DNA from: a virus
Taxonomy: Duplodnaviria > Caudoviricetes
Virus record (IMG/VR): IMGVR_UViG_3300028591_000130
Coordinates: 32,001 to 96,000 of that record
Length of the DNA stretch: 64,000 nt
Reading direction: 5' to 3' (one strand)
Shown in pieces: positions 1 to 10,095 of this stretch (position 1 is the first letter of the stretch; every line of letters begins with the position of its first letter). Under the pieces are notes generated by a model. The model saw only the letters and a list, made by a program, of their open reading frames with translations. It had not been told where the DNA came from and made no database searches. The position numbers and the translations under genes are program-made.

Positions 1-2
1 TT

Positions 3-3000
3 GTAGCAGCCAAAAACGACAGTGCGTTCTTTGACATAGATACCGTTTGTAACGTTAGTCTTTATGACGCTGACACAAACACTTTGATATCAGACAATTT
101 TGTTACTAAGAAAAAGTATAGAAATAAAACAACAGAAGACATTTATCTTGATATCAACGTTTCTCAGTTTAGCGAAATTATATCTTCGTCATTACCTATT
201 AAGAAAACAGTGCAAGCAGGGAAAACTGTAAGTTACGTTACTCTTAAACCTGAGCAAGAAGTAGAGTCCGTAACTATTAACGGTATCGTTAACAGCGAAC
301 TTGGCAAGTACAGTCTTGATACTTTGCTTGATATCAACGTAACCTACAACGTTTACGTTAGTAAAGGGATCAACGGTTTTGTCGTAAGAAATCCTACTAC
401 AGGTGAAGAATGGCTTACAAGGATTGATCGTAAATCTTTCTCTGACACAGCTACTACTTTTGTTTACAACGCCTTACCTGTTGGAATTACTGGCGTTTTC
501 GTAACAGATATCGCTAACAATACAAGTATGATATCAAACTACTCTGACAAAAACTTTGACTGCACATTCTTACAAACTACAGACGATCAGATCTTCATAG
601 CACATAACGAGCTTGATATCTACAAGAATATAACGGGGATATCAGAAGATATCGAGATTATAGACAGTACGTTTTACCCTGCACTTCCTGCTAACGTATC
701 AATGGTTTATAACGTTATCATAAATCAAGGCATTGACGATGCCTTTGCGGTAACTGCCGTTTTTAAGAAAACAAGATATGATCATAATCACTACTTTTGT
801 GTTACTGCTGCTGCAAGATCGGTACTGCAAGATATCTTGTGGCTGCTTGATAACGACGGCGCATCAACAACTGTCAACGAGAAACTGTCAACGTTAGAAG
901 CCTTATCAGGTATTGTTTTGGCTAACAACACAACCTTGTTTAACAGAGTAACAGAACTGCTAACTGAAGGTTCATGGTGCCTGTGGAAACACGAAATCTG
1001 TTTCATAACCGACTTTGACTTTAAAAACAAGGAAACCATAGCTTACGATGTTAGTATGATATCACCATTGTTTAAACTGTCTAACGCAATTGAACTGCCT
1101 AAAAAAGTCGTCATTGACACAAGAGAAGAAGATATCTCTTGTTTTATGATCAAGCCGCCTTCTTACCTTGCAGTTCACTATAGTAATGAATATGACGGTG
1201 AAACAACAGATACAGGTTATGTGTCAGATGACGGTTTCACCAAACTTCATTACTCTAACATTAAAAGTATCGTGTCGATTACGATTAACGGACTTCCGAC
1301 AAACAGTTACGATATTCTGCTTGACGAAGGTGTCATTATCTGGAACTTAAACGATATGACGTCATTACAAGATACTCCAATTCAGTATCAGGTTACTTAT
1401 CTTTACAAAATTCCCGAAAGCTTACTGTATACCGATCTATCTGCCTTGTATGATATCATACCAAAAAGTTTAAGTGCGTATAACGCTGTATCGTTGAAAA
1501 GTACTATACCGACCAAGCTTGAAGACGGTGACTCTTTCGTTGTAACATTCTTTGACACCGTAGATTACGTGCCGGCACCTGTTTGCAGCAACCCTAACTT
1601 TATAGCTGTTTACGATAACGGTGTTGTAACAGTTCATAAGGTATACGACGATAACGTTATTCTCGTTAACGCAGGTTACTATTACGATGATGAGCAAGAA
1701 TATTACCTGTACAATCACGTATATAGTGATATTATAGATCGTTACAGTAACGTTACTCTGCATAACGTTAAAAGACTTGGTTCTTTGTTACAAACTATGA
1801 TATCAAGCAATAACAGGATCAGAAGATCTGACTTCAAAGGAAGAAACAATGAAGATGAACTCTGTTTAGTTAAGTTCACAGATCCTGTTATAGGATCAAA
1901 AGGTGTTTCCTTACTTAACGAGATTACAGCTGCACAAAGCTATAGCACCTGGCAAGGATATAAAATGGATATCAACTTCGTCACAGGTATCAAGGATATA
2001 GGACTGTTATTTACCGCAGAAGATTCTAATAGTTACGCCATTACTGATATTACACATTACGTTAATAACTCTATTGTGATATCAGCTTTTACCGCACGAG
2101 ATATTACCCTAGAGATTTACCGTGAGATCAAGATGTCTGACGATATCGCAAGAAAGACGGTTTTTGCAGAACCTTACGGTACTTTTGTTGTTGACGGCAA
2201 CTTTCAAGGATATCGTTTTGATGATACTGTAGACCTGTCTTATCGTTACTATCTTGTAGTCAAAGGAACAGGCATAGTAGATGATATCATAGCAAGACCG
2301 GAAATACGGCTTGACGATCAATTGCAGGTACATATTAAGAATATTGAACACTTGGGGTTTGATATTGTCGAGAAAGAAGAAAAAGGTATGACTCTTTCTT
2401 TGGCCTTTGATCCTGTAGGTTGTACTCTTGCAGATCTTGAGATTACAAACGATGGTACTGTCAGAATAGGATCTAACGTTGACTATGGCGTAACCAAGGT
2501 TTTCAGCAGTCATAACTGTTACGAGAATATCATAGCTGACGTTGTCGTAAGCAGATATAAGGAAACCTTTGTAACAGCAGAAAATAAAGGATGGATTCGG
2601 ACGCCGTTCTTTTACCTTGATAACAGTGCTAACGCTATAGATATTTACGTTAAGGTTAATAGTTTGATATCAGGACATTTAAAGAATTTTGATATCAAAC
2701 TGTACACTGCCGATAACGAACAAGGTACTGACGCCATACTTATCGGTTACGTACAAAAAACTAATCTTGCTTGTTTTGACGGTACAACTGTAAAGTCTTA
2801 CGTTAGTGCTGAGGTTAGTATGGATCCAAACAAGGTTGTAGACGTCATAGAAATGTTTGTTCGTTATGGTGAACTCGGTATTGTTCCCTTGGTAATACAA
2901 GATAACAGTAATGGTTCTGTAACAACTAAAGTTTATGATACAGTTATTACAGCAAACTATCGTTTGTTACGCCTTACAGGATCTTGTTCTGATATCACCA

Positions 3001-3203
3001 AGATTAAGTTTTTTGTCAGAGGATGTAAAAAAGACAACCTGTATCTTGTATGGACACCTTGGTATGATATCACCTTAAATAACCAACTTGTTGCAACGTC
3101 GTCACACATTTTCGATGACTACAGATTGTTTCAGTTTAAGATAAAACTTTTATCTGCTGACGTAGAGATAAAGATCAGTAACTTTGTACTGGAGGTAGTA
3201 TAG
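3..3203 (+). CDS. Large putative virion structural protein (5'-partial)
   Basis: The frame of ORF 84..3203 is open back to position 3, so the true start lies upstream of the window; beta-rich composition; heads the structural cluster. Confidence 0.6.
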   Translation, partial: VAAKNDSAFFDIDTVCNVSLYDADTNTLISDNFVTKKKYRNKTTEDIYLDINVSQFSEIISSSLPIKKTVQAGKTVSYVTLKPEQEVESVTINGIVNSELGKYSLDTLLDINVTYNVYVSKGINGFVVRNPTTGEEWLTRIDRKSFSDTATTFVYNALPVGITGVFVTDIANNTSMISNYSDKNFDCTFLQTTDDQIFIAHNELDIYKNITGISEDIEIIDSTFYPALPANVSMVYNVIINQGIDDAFAVTAVFKKTRYDHNHYFCVTAAARSVLQDILWLLDNDGASTTVNEKLSTLEALSGIVLANNTTLFNRVTELLTEGSWCLWKHEICFITDFDFKNKETIAYDVSMISPLFKLSNAIELPKKVVIDTREEDISCFMIKPPSYLAVHYSNEYDGETTDTGYVSDDGFTKLHYSNIKSIVSITINGLPTNSYDILLDEGVIIWNLNDMTSLQDTPIQYQVTYLYKIPESLLYTDLSALYDIIPKSLSAYNAVSLKSTIPTKLEDGDSFVVTFFDTVDYVPAPVCSNPNFIAVYDNGVVTVHKVYDDNVILVNAGYYYDDEQEYYLYNHVYSDIIDRYSNVTLHNVKRLGSLLQTMISSNNRIRRSDFKGRNNEDELCLVKFTDPVIGSKGVSLLNEITAAQSYSTWQGYKMDINFVTGIKDIGLLFTAEDSNSYAITDITHYVNNSIVISAFTARDITLEIYREIKMSDDIARKTVFAEPYGTFVVDGNFQGYRFDDTVDLSYRYYLVVKGTGIVDDIIARPEIRLDDQLQVHIKNIEHLGFDIVEKEEKGMTLSLAFDPVGCTLADLEITNDGTVRIGSNVDYGVTKVFSSHNCYENIIADVVVSRYKETFVTAENKGWIRTPFFYLDNSANAIDIYVKVNSLISGHLKNFDIKLYTADNEQGTDAILIGYVQKTNLACFDGTTVKSYVSAEVSMDPNKVVDVIEMFVRYGELGIVPLVIQDNSNGSVTTKVYDTVITANYRLLRLTGSCSDITKIKFFVRGCKKDNLYLVWTPWYDITLNNQLVATSSHIFDDYRLFQFKIKLLSADVEIKISNFVLEVV

Positions 3204-3204
3204 C

Positions 3205-5379
3205 GTGCAAGCCTTTTTTGACACAGCAAGAGTGCAAGCTACAGAACAAGGTTTGCACTTTTACGAACAAGATATTTTGGTATCGTCTTACCTGTTTAAT
3301 GGTGACGTCACTGTTAAAATGACAATATTATATCTGAGATCAGGTTTCGGTATCGTTATAACCGATAATGTACCGGATCAAGCTAAATACTCGTGTTTAT
3401 TCCACGTCGGCACTAACTCCTTTCAAGCTATGGAACGATATTTATCACAGCAAGAAAACTATGCTGCCGTTTCTAACACGTTAAAACCTGAAGGCGATAT
3501 TAATCTTGTCTTTAAACTTACGGGACAGAAGGGGCAGCTGTTTCTCGTTAACGGTAATAGCCTTATAAACTTAGGCACCCATATTATGTCACGAGAACTG
3601 TCAACCTATTACCTTGGTTTTTACTCTGCAGCGGGCAATACTGTCAAGGACGTTGCCTTTCTGCAAGGTGTCCCTGACTTTTGGCATTGTTCCATAGCTA
3701 ACATACACGGTGGCAGGATATCATTCTGGCCTGAAAGCTTTATGTTTGAAAACTGTACTAACGACGCTTACCTTGAACAAAAAGGTATCGAACTCCCCGC
3801 AGGTACGTTTTGGTTTAACTATGATACTGATACCATTAATGACACTTACGATATCGAAGGTTTTATCTACAAGGAAGAGATTCCGACGATAACAGTTAAT
3901 CCTGACGATTCTTTCTATGACAGTACAACAATCCACTACGACGAGGATAACTTTGAAGATATCAATAAAAGCTTTGTTCATAATCAAGGAAGTTTTACCC
4001 TTAAAGAATCTGCTACTGTTATTGTCAGCTTTAAGGGACGTAACGGCAAGGTAAGCAATGTTACCATTAAGGATACCAAGGGCGGATCTTTTGTTGTTAC
4101 TCAGGATAAACCTAAAGTTGTAGAAAGCAGCTATATTGAAATAGATTTAAGTAACGTCAAAACAGTGGTATGGGAAGGCGTTATCCACAGTGTACCGTCT
4201 TTTGATGACGCTGCTAAGATTAGCCCTTATGGTATTATAGTTACAAACCAAAACAGAATAACTCTTGACGCCTTCTTGATTAACTTTGATCAACAGTATA
4301 ACTTTACTATCGGTATGGACACTCTAACCTTGTCTGTAGATGATCCGGTTACAGGCAAGCCTTGTGGGTTAAAAAGTTTTCTGTTAACAACAGAAGATCA
4401 TAACTCTGTTAAGATTTTTTATAACGTTAGTGCTGATATCGCTAACCTGACGTTAATTATGGCTGACGGAACAAGTATCAACGCTAACATACAAGGCAGT
4501 TATACTGCTGTTGTTCCTTCCTATGTTAAGGGGCCTATCATAGTAACTAACATAAACGACGAAGCTTTTGACCTGTCAGGAAGTTACAGAGAAGTTGTTG
4601 AACCTGATAATATATTCATTGACTTGTTTACAAAGAGTTCGCTTGAACTAAAACTGTCTTATCATACTACGTCATTGTCTCGTAACCTTGAAATATTCGG
4701 TATACCAAAGGGTGCTCTTGTTGACAGAAGTCAAACTGATATCACTAAGTTTGCCAGTGTCTACAATAAATTGGACGATATCACAGTATCGGTTAAAAAT
4801 GACGTTATCACAATTCCTGACGCTGTCAGAAATGACTATGACTTCATAGCTGTCAGATATCAAAGAGCTGATAAATTTTACTATTTCTTTACTGTACAAG
4901 AGAGAGAACTGTTTAACGGTACAGAAACTGTTTTACGCTTAACTTCTGATATCAATGAGTCAGGACAAGGTATAACGGTTTACGGTGTAGAAACGGGAAC
5001 TTTTAACCCTGACTACTTTTTAAGAATAGCTGATATCAGCGCAGTGTCTTCTATTGATCTGTGTGTAGATCAAGGTGCTTACGCTGTTTTGTCTTCTGCA
5101 CTGTACGATATTAACGCAGGCGATCGTACCATAACGTTAGACAGTACTCTTGAAAATATGTATGAGTATTACATTGTTGATTACGCAAAAAAAGACTCTT
5201 ACGCTATTAACAAAGACGAAGAAAGCGGTAACTACGTTATCGATATCGTAACAGACGATACCTCAGTTAAGGTTAACTACGAGCTTAATGACACAGGCAT
5301 ATCTGATCCGGTTATCCATACTGATATCAAACCTGACGGCAATAAGTTTGTTATCCTAAAAAGAGGTGCTGCACTATGA
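3205..5379 (+). CDS. Putative virion structural protein
   Basis: 724-aa ORF, GTG start after GGAGG, coupled to neighbours; beta-rich. Confidence 0.55.
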   Translation: MQAFFDTARVQATEQGLHFYEQDILVSSYLFNGDVTVKMTILYLRSGFGIVITDNVPDQAKYSCLFHVGTNSFQAMERYLSQQENYAAVSNTLKPEGDINLVFKLTGQKGQLFLVNGNSLINLGTHIMSRELSTYYLGFYSAAGNTVKDVAFLQGVPDFWHCSIANIHGGRISFWPESFMFENCTNDAYLEQKGIELPAGTFWFNYDTDTINDTYDIEGFIYKEEIPTITVNPDDSFYDSTTIHYDEDNFEDINKSFVHNQGSFTLKESATVIVSFKGRNGKVSNVTIKDTKGGSFVVTQDKPKVVESSYIEIDLSNVKTVVWEGVIHSVPSFDDAAKISPYGIIVTNQNRITLDAFLINFDQQYNFTIGMDTLTLSVDDPVTGKPCGLKSFLLTTEDHNSVKIFYNVSADIANLTLIMADGTSINANIQGSYTAVVPSYVKGPIIVTNINDEAFDLSGSYREVVEPDNIFIDLFTKSSLELKLSYHTTSLSRNLEIFGIPKGALVDRSQTDITKFASVYNKLDDITVSVKNDVITIPDAVRNDYDFIAVRYQRADKFYYFFTVQERELFNGTETVLRLTSDINESGQGITVYGVETGTFNPDYFLRIADISAVSSIDLCVDQGAYAVLSSALYDINAGDRTITLDSTLENMYEYYIVDYAKKDSYAINKDEESGNYVIDIVTDDTSVKVNYELNDTGISDPVIHTDIKPDGNKFVILKRGAAL

Positions 5380-7181
5380 AGATCAATCTTTCAAAACATA
5401 TTGTGATATCAAGAACACCGCAAGAGTTACAAGGTGACAGCGGCCTACGCTATACAAGCTTGAAAGAAATACCCCTTGGTTACGTTAACTTTGATAACGT
5501 TGAAATGCAGCCCCATATCGATGTCAAAGAAGAATTTTTACAAGATAAGAGAGAAAAGGTTACTCCTTACAGTGTTTTTAGTAAGGCTAACGTATTTCTT
5601 TTTGACAGTAATAATAATGTTGTACAAAAGAATATGAAAAGACAAGGTGACAGTTATTACTATGAACCTACTAGCTTTGTAGAGTTTAGTCCGCTTTCTT
5701 TTAACGTTTATCTTGAAATCCAACGAACAGAACAATATTACAACAACAGAATTTATGATATCAAGGTAGGTGCAGCAAGCAGTGGCGCCAGTCTTACCTT
5801 TTCTAATAAACTTATGAGACTTTTTGGTGACAGTTACCTGCAAGGATCGTGTCCTTTTAACCTTCGCTTTAACGGAGGTAGTACTAATTACATGACACTT
5901 ATTGATAGTGCAAATAGTGACTGCGACTTTCTGTTTATCAAAAGTGCTGACGGTGTCCATTATGGTACCAGTGACGAAGAGATCGATATCGCTGATATCT
6001 TTGATAATCATACTAATGTTTGGCTGTTCTGCGATGACTATAAAGGACGTTTTAAAAACGTTACATCTTTTGACACTTCTGATATCACACTAAATATGAT
6101 AACAACTACACTGTACACAACAGAAAGTTACAGAATTACAAGAAACCAAGCTTCTGTTTTTAACCAAGATATCACCTTCTTTGATGATACCTTTTTTGAT
6201 GATCACATTTATCTTAACGAAGCTACTCTTGTTTTACACAAGAGAAACAAAGGTTTTGTGATCGTTACACCGTCATGGTTTCTTGACAATATCGATGACG
6301 TTGCACAATCAGTGTATGAAACACTTATTTACTGTTATCTTCAAAGATATGAGAAAAGCAGAACGATACCATTATGGATAACTGACGTACCTGTTAATTA
6401 CTTGGCATACAGTACAGCAAGCTTTAACAGAACCCATCCTAAGATATCATTGTCTGACTTTTTGCCCCAAGAAGATTTGTCTCTCAGTAATCTGTCCATA
6501 GTTGATATCATAGTTGACACACCTTACGTAAGATATCAAAATATTGACAGAAATAACTATGAAATTTCTTTTGTTAAGGTAAGTAACAATACAGTGCCTG
6601 ATCCGGCCCAAGACGTTAACGATATCTCTTTTTACACCAGCAAGCATACTGTAGTTTTTTATAAGCCTGAGGACATTTTTACGGTAGAGACACCCTTAAG
6701 CTATAATTTTACCAAGAGCGATAACGTGTTTTATCTTATGGTTAAACCTATGATATCAAGTTCTTATGATATTTGTACGGTGACAGATCAAATATTTAAG
6801 ATAGAAGACCTTACTATATCTTACTCTCTTTTTGTAGGACAAAGAACTTCTTCTCTCTGTAATACTTTTTATCTTTTGTCCGAAAAAGAAACGCCTTTGT
6901 CTTCTTACGTTAAAGTTGCTGATATCTACTTTACTGTACAACAAGATATCACTATTTACGATACACGCATAAACGGTGGAGGATTACCTGACGATCAACC
7001 TGATGATTATAATATGTCCGATATCGGCAATATCCTTGGGAGACCTTACCGTCTCGGATCAAGCTTGGTTATAAGGTTACCTGTCTTACTAAAACAGTAT
7101 GAAGAAAGAATACGCAAAGAACTTGATAAGCACGTAGCGGCAGGTGACACTTACGTTATAGTTTTTGAAAGCAAAAAGTAA
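5376..7181 (+). CDS. Putative virion (baseplate/tail) protein
   Basis: 601 aa, ATGA overlap; C-terminal DTRINGGGLP...DIG..GRPY...VIRLP segment resembles motifs I associate with large-phage structural proteins. Confidence 0.55.
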   Translation: MKINLSKHIVISRTPQELQGDSGLRYTSLKEIPLGYVNFDNVEMQPHIDVKEEFLQDKREKVTPYSVFSKANVFLFDSNNNVVQKNMKRQGDSYYYEPTSFVEFSPLSFNVYLEIQRTEQYYNNRIYDIKVGAASSGASLTFSNKLMRLFGDSYLQGSCPFNLRFNGGSTNYMTLIDSANSDCDFLFIKSADGVHYGTSDEEIDIADIFDNHTNVWLFCDDYKGRFKNVTSFDTSDITLNMITTTLYTTESYRITRNQASVFNQDITFFDDTFFDDHIYLNEATLVLHKRNKGFVIVTPSWFLDNIDDVAQSVYETLIYCYLQRYEKSRTIPLWITDVPVNYLAYSTASFNRTHPKISLSDFLPQEDLSLSNLSIVDIIVDTPYVRYQNIDRNNYEISFVKVSNNTVPDPAQDVNDISFYTSKHTVVFYKPEDIFTVETPLSYNFTKSDNVFYLMVKPMISSSYDICTVTDQIFKIEDLTISYSLFVGQRTSSLCNTFYLLSEKETPLSSYVKVADIYFTVQQDITIYDTRINGGGLPDDQPDDYNMSDIGNILGRPYRLGSSLVIRLPVLLKQYEERIRKELDKHVAAGDTYVIVFESKK

Positions 7182-7197
7182 GAAAGGAGGACGTGCT

Positions 7198-9591
7198 TTG
7201 GGTATACAACAACTTAACAACCTTGACTTTGCACCCGGTATTAAAGCTGCACCCATTAACGCTAACTTTAACCTTATAAATACTTGGCTTGCAAGAGAAA
7301 GATTAAGAACAGGCGGATGGGGTATCGTAGAAGGCTTTGCCTTGTCTTTTGATCAAGATACCTTGTCGGTAACAGTTAACGAAGGTGTCTTTATCAATAA
7401 AGACGGTGAAGAAGTTATCGTTGATAAGAAAGTTTTTGCTACAGGTGATATCAGCTACGACACTATTGAAAGAACTTATACAGTGGATACTGATGGCAGA
7501 GTTGTGCTGGACGATAACGTCTATGACTTTGAGAACAAGAAATATCTTGTTTATAATCCGCCTGATATCACAGTAGAAATTGACGACAGCATTCTGAGAG
7601 TGCGTGACGTTGACGGATATCCAATTTCTGTAGTAAGGCTTTTGGGAAACATTTTATGGCTTAACAGCAGCTTTGCAGGATCAAGAGTTACGGTAACCCA
7701 AACTGTAGCTTATAACAGGGTAGATACGATTATGCTAAACCTTGACGGCAGTTATGAGTATCTTTGGTCTATTGATTCACCCAGTCCAAGTCACGTAGAT
7801 CTTGCTGACTACGACACAAGTCTTTGTGTAGCTGTTCTGTTTTGGCAGATAACCGAAGAAGGTATAACCTGTGACTTCTTCACAAATCACAGGTCATATC
7901 GTACGGTCTACGTTAATAATCATAACGAACTTTACATTAACGGTGAGAGATATCAGAAACAAAAGTTCATTTACTTCGTTGAACCTCCTTTAAGAGACAG
8001 ACAAGAGAATGATCTATGGTATAACAGCAAGGATAACACCTTGTACATTTGGCGCCAAGTTGACGGTGAGTGGGGATGGACTATAGTTAATGATCACTCA
8101 GAGATCGTTATCCAAGAAAGAAAACTTTGGACACCTGATATCAACCCTGACGACTTACAAACATTTCTGTTTGATCCCGAAGAACTTAACCTGAAATACG
8201 TGCCGGGTACTAACTCGTTAACCATATTTGTCGATAACGCCGTACTAATGCACGATCAATACGACGAAATTGTTATGACTCAAGCTGATGTCAACGATCT
8301 TGTTGCACAACAAAAAGAGCTGAAAGATAAGATTACCAAAGCCAAAATAGTCTTACAAACCTTAAAAAGGAACAGAGACAGTTTGGAGCCCGGCATTAAA
8401 GCACTTAAGAAAGACCTTAGTGACTCAACCAAGCTTTATCCTGACGCTTACGATCTTGCTAACGAAGATTACACGATAAAGGATACTGACCTTGACAATC
8501 TCAGAAACCTTATGGTTATCGACAAAAGACTGGCACATTTGATATCAGACTTTATCGACCTTTTATCACAGATAGAGAATTCAGAGAAGTTGATATCGGT
8601 TTATGAACAGGAACTGACAACGATATCAGAAGTACTTGAAGCTACAAGAGTAAACAAAGGTGCCGGTTTTAAACTTAAGAAACCGTTATTGCACCCTGCT
8701 TTTGTTGCGATAACTGTAACTCACGCGGTAAGAATGAAGCCTGCGAGAGAAACATTTCAACGCGGTGCAGTCTTTGTTAAAGAAGTTAATATTGCAGCAG
8801 CAGTCACAGGATCCAACCAAGTCTTTGAGACTGCAGCAGGCTATACCGTAGGACAAGAGCAACTTGAAGTTTACGTTGACGGTATTAAATTGCCTCGCAG
8901 TATTAACGGTTTTTGCGAGATAGTCGATACTGTTAATCCTACAGTTGACTACTCTTACGTTGATGACTCTCTTGTGACCAGATATCAAGATACGATATCG
9001 CATCATTTTAAGGTTGTTAAAAATATTACTGTAGGACAGACTATTACTTGCCGTATATCAAGACAAGTTTGGAATTACGATCAGCTTGATACGTTAGTCT
9101 CTAACATAAAGGCTTACGCTAACAGTGCAATGTCTGTAGCCAACAGCGCTCTTGAACAGGTAGAAACTCTTAACACTAACTTTATTTCTAACTGGAATGA
9201 TATCAAGGATTTAACCGATACTATCCAAGAGAACATAGCTGATCTTGATAACTGTTACAAACAAGGAACAACTATAGCGCTGTCTGATATTCCTGCACAA
9301 GTGAGAACAGGTGTAATATCAAATTCCTTTGATATCATTGTTCCGATAACTTCTACTGTCCTTACTGTAAATAACGTTAATATCAACGATGTATTTTCTG
9401 TCTATTACGTTACAGCAGATAACGTCAGATTGCTTATTCAAAATGGAAGTAACAGAGATATCCAGGATATTGATTATGACATACAAAGACTAACTGATAC
9501 TCAAGTCAAGATTATCTTAAGAGATGACTTAGTTATTCCTAACACAAAGCTTTACGTTAGGGGATTCAAGAGAGGTGTAAGCAGTGGATAA
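7198..9591 (+). CDS. Putative tail/baseplate protein with coiled coil and V-x-V-[DN]-G-type modules
   Basis: TTG start 7 nt after AAGGAGG; ENDLWYNSKDNTLYIW motif; LTIFVDN and LEVYVDGIKL modules; central heptad region. Confidence 0.6.
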   Translation: MGIQQLNNLDFAPGIKAAPINANFNLINTWLARERLRTGGWGIVEGFALSFDQDTLSVTVNEGVFINKDGEEVIVDKKVFATGDISYDTIERTYTVDTDGRVVLDDNVYDFENKKYLVYNPPDITVEIDDSILRVRDVDGYPISVVRLLGNILWLNSSFAGSRVTVTQTVAYNRVDTIMLNLDGSYEYLWSIDSPSPSHVDLADYDTSLCVAVLFWQITEEGITCDFFTNHRSYRTVYVNNHNELYINGERYQKQKFIYFVEPPLRDRQENDLWYNSKDNTLYIWRQVDGEWGWTIVNDHSEIVIQERKLWTPDINPDDLQTFLFDPEELNLKYVPGTNSLTIFVDNAVLMHDQYDEIVMTQADVNDLVAQQKELKDKITKAKIVLQTLKRNRDSLEPGIKALKKDLSDSTKLYPDAYDLANEDYTIKDTDLDNLRNLMVIDKRLAHLISDFIDLLSQIENSEKLISVYEQELTTISEVLEATRVNKGAGFKLKKPLLHPAFVAITVTHAVRMKPARETFQRGAVFVKEVNIAAAVTGSNQVFETAAGYTVGQEQLEVYVDGIKLPRSINGFCEIVDTVNPTVDYSYVDDSLVTRYQDTISHHFKVVKNITVGQTITCRISRQVWNYDQLDTLVSNIKAYANSAMSVANSALEQVETLNTNFISNWNDIKDLTDTIQENIADLDNCYKQGTTIALSDIPAQVRTGVISNSFDIIVPITSTVLTVNNVNINDVFSVYYVTADNVRLLIQNGSNRDIQDIDYDIQRLTDTQVKIILRDDLVIPNTKLYVRGFKRGVSSG

Positions 9592-10033
9592 GGCACAAAT
9601 ATCTTGGTATGCAAAATGTTTATCTGACGAACGTTACTCTGTTAATAATGACTTTTACGCTGGTAAGTATACTAATGAGGACCCCATAGTAGTTGATATC
9701 CAACTTTGGAATAACAGATGGGGTACAGAAACCGTAGCAGATCTTACTAACTATGACATATGCTTCTTCTTTGATTGTGTAGAAGATTCTGTACTGCTTG
9801 ATTACTGCACTATTATTTATAATGACAGTAATATTATTCCTTTTTACGTTACCGGGCGCAAAGCTGTTCTTTCTATGGATACTAAGCCTGTCTTGTCAGG
9901 AACTAAAAACAACGGGTCAAGTGCAGACAATATCGATCACTTTCTTCAACTTAGATTAATCTTTAACGCTACAGAAGAAAAACTAAAGAATAACGACTTA
10001 AAGTCATTGTACTTTGAAGTACTTGAAAGATAA
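9584..10033 (+). CDS. Small putative structural protein
   Basis: 149 aa, GTG start after GAGG; IQLWNNRWG motif. Confidence 0.5.
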   Translation: MDKAQISWYAKCLSDERYSVNNDFYAGKYTNEDPIVVDIQLWNNRWGTETVADLTNYDICFFFDCVEDSVLLDYCTIIYNDSNIIPFYVTGRKAVLSMDTKPVLSGTKNNGSSADNIDHFLQLRLIFNATEEKLKNNDLKSLYFEVLER

Positions 10034-10095
10034 GAAATATCTTATCTGCAGTAATATGGTTTGTAAAGGAATTCTGTAAAAAGGAGGTAATCAGA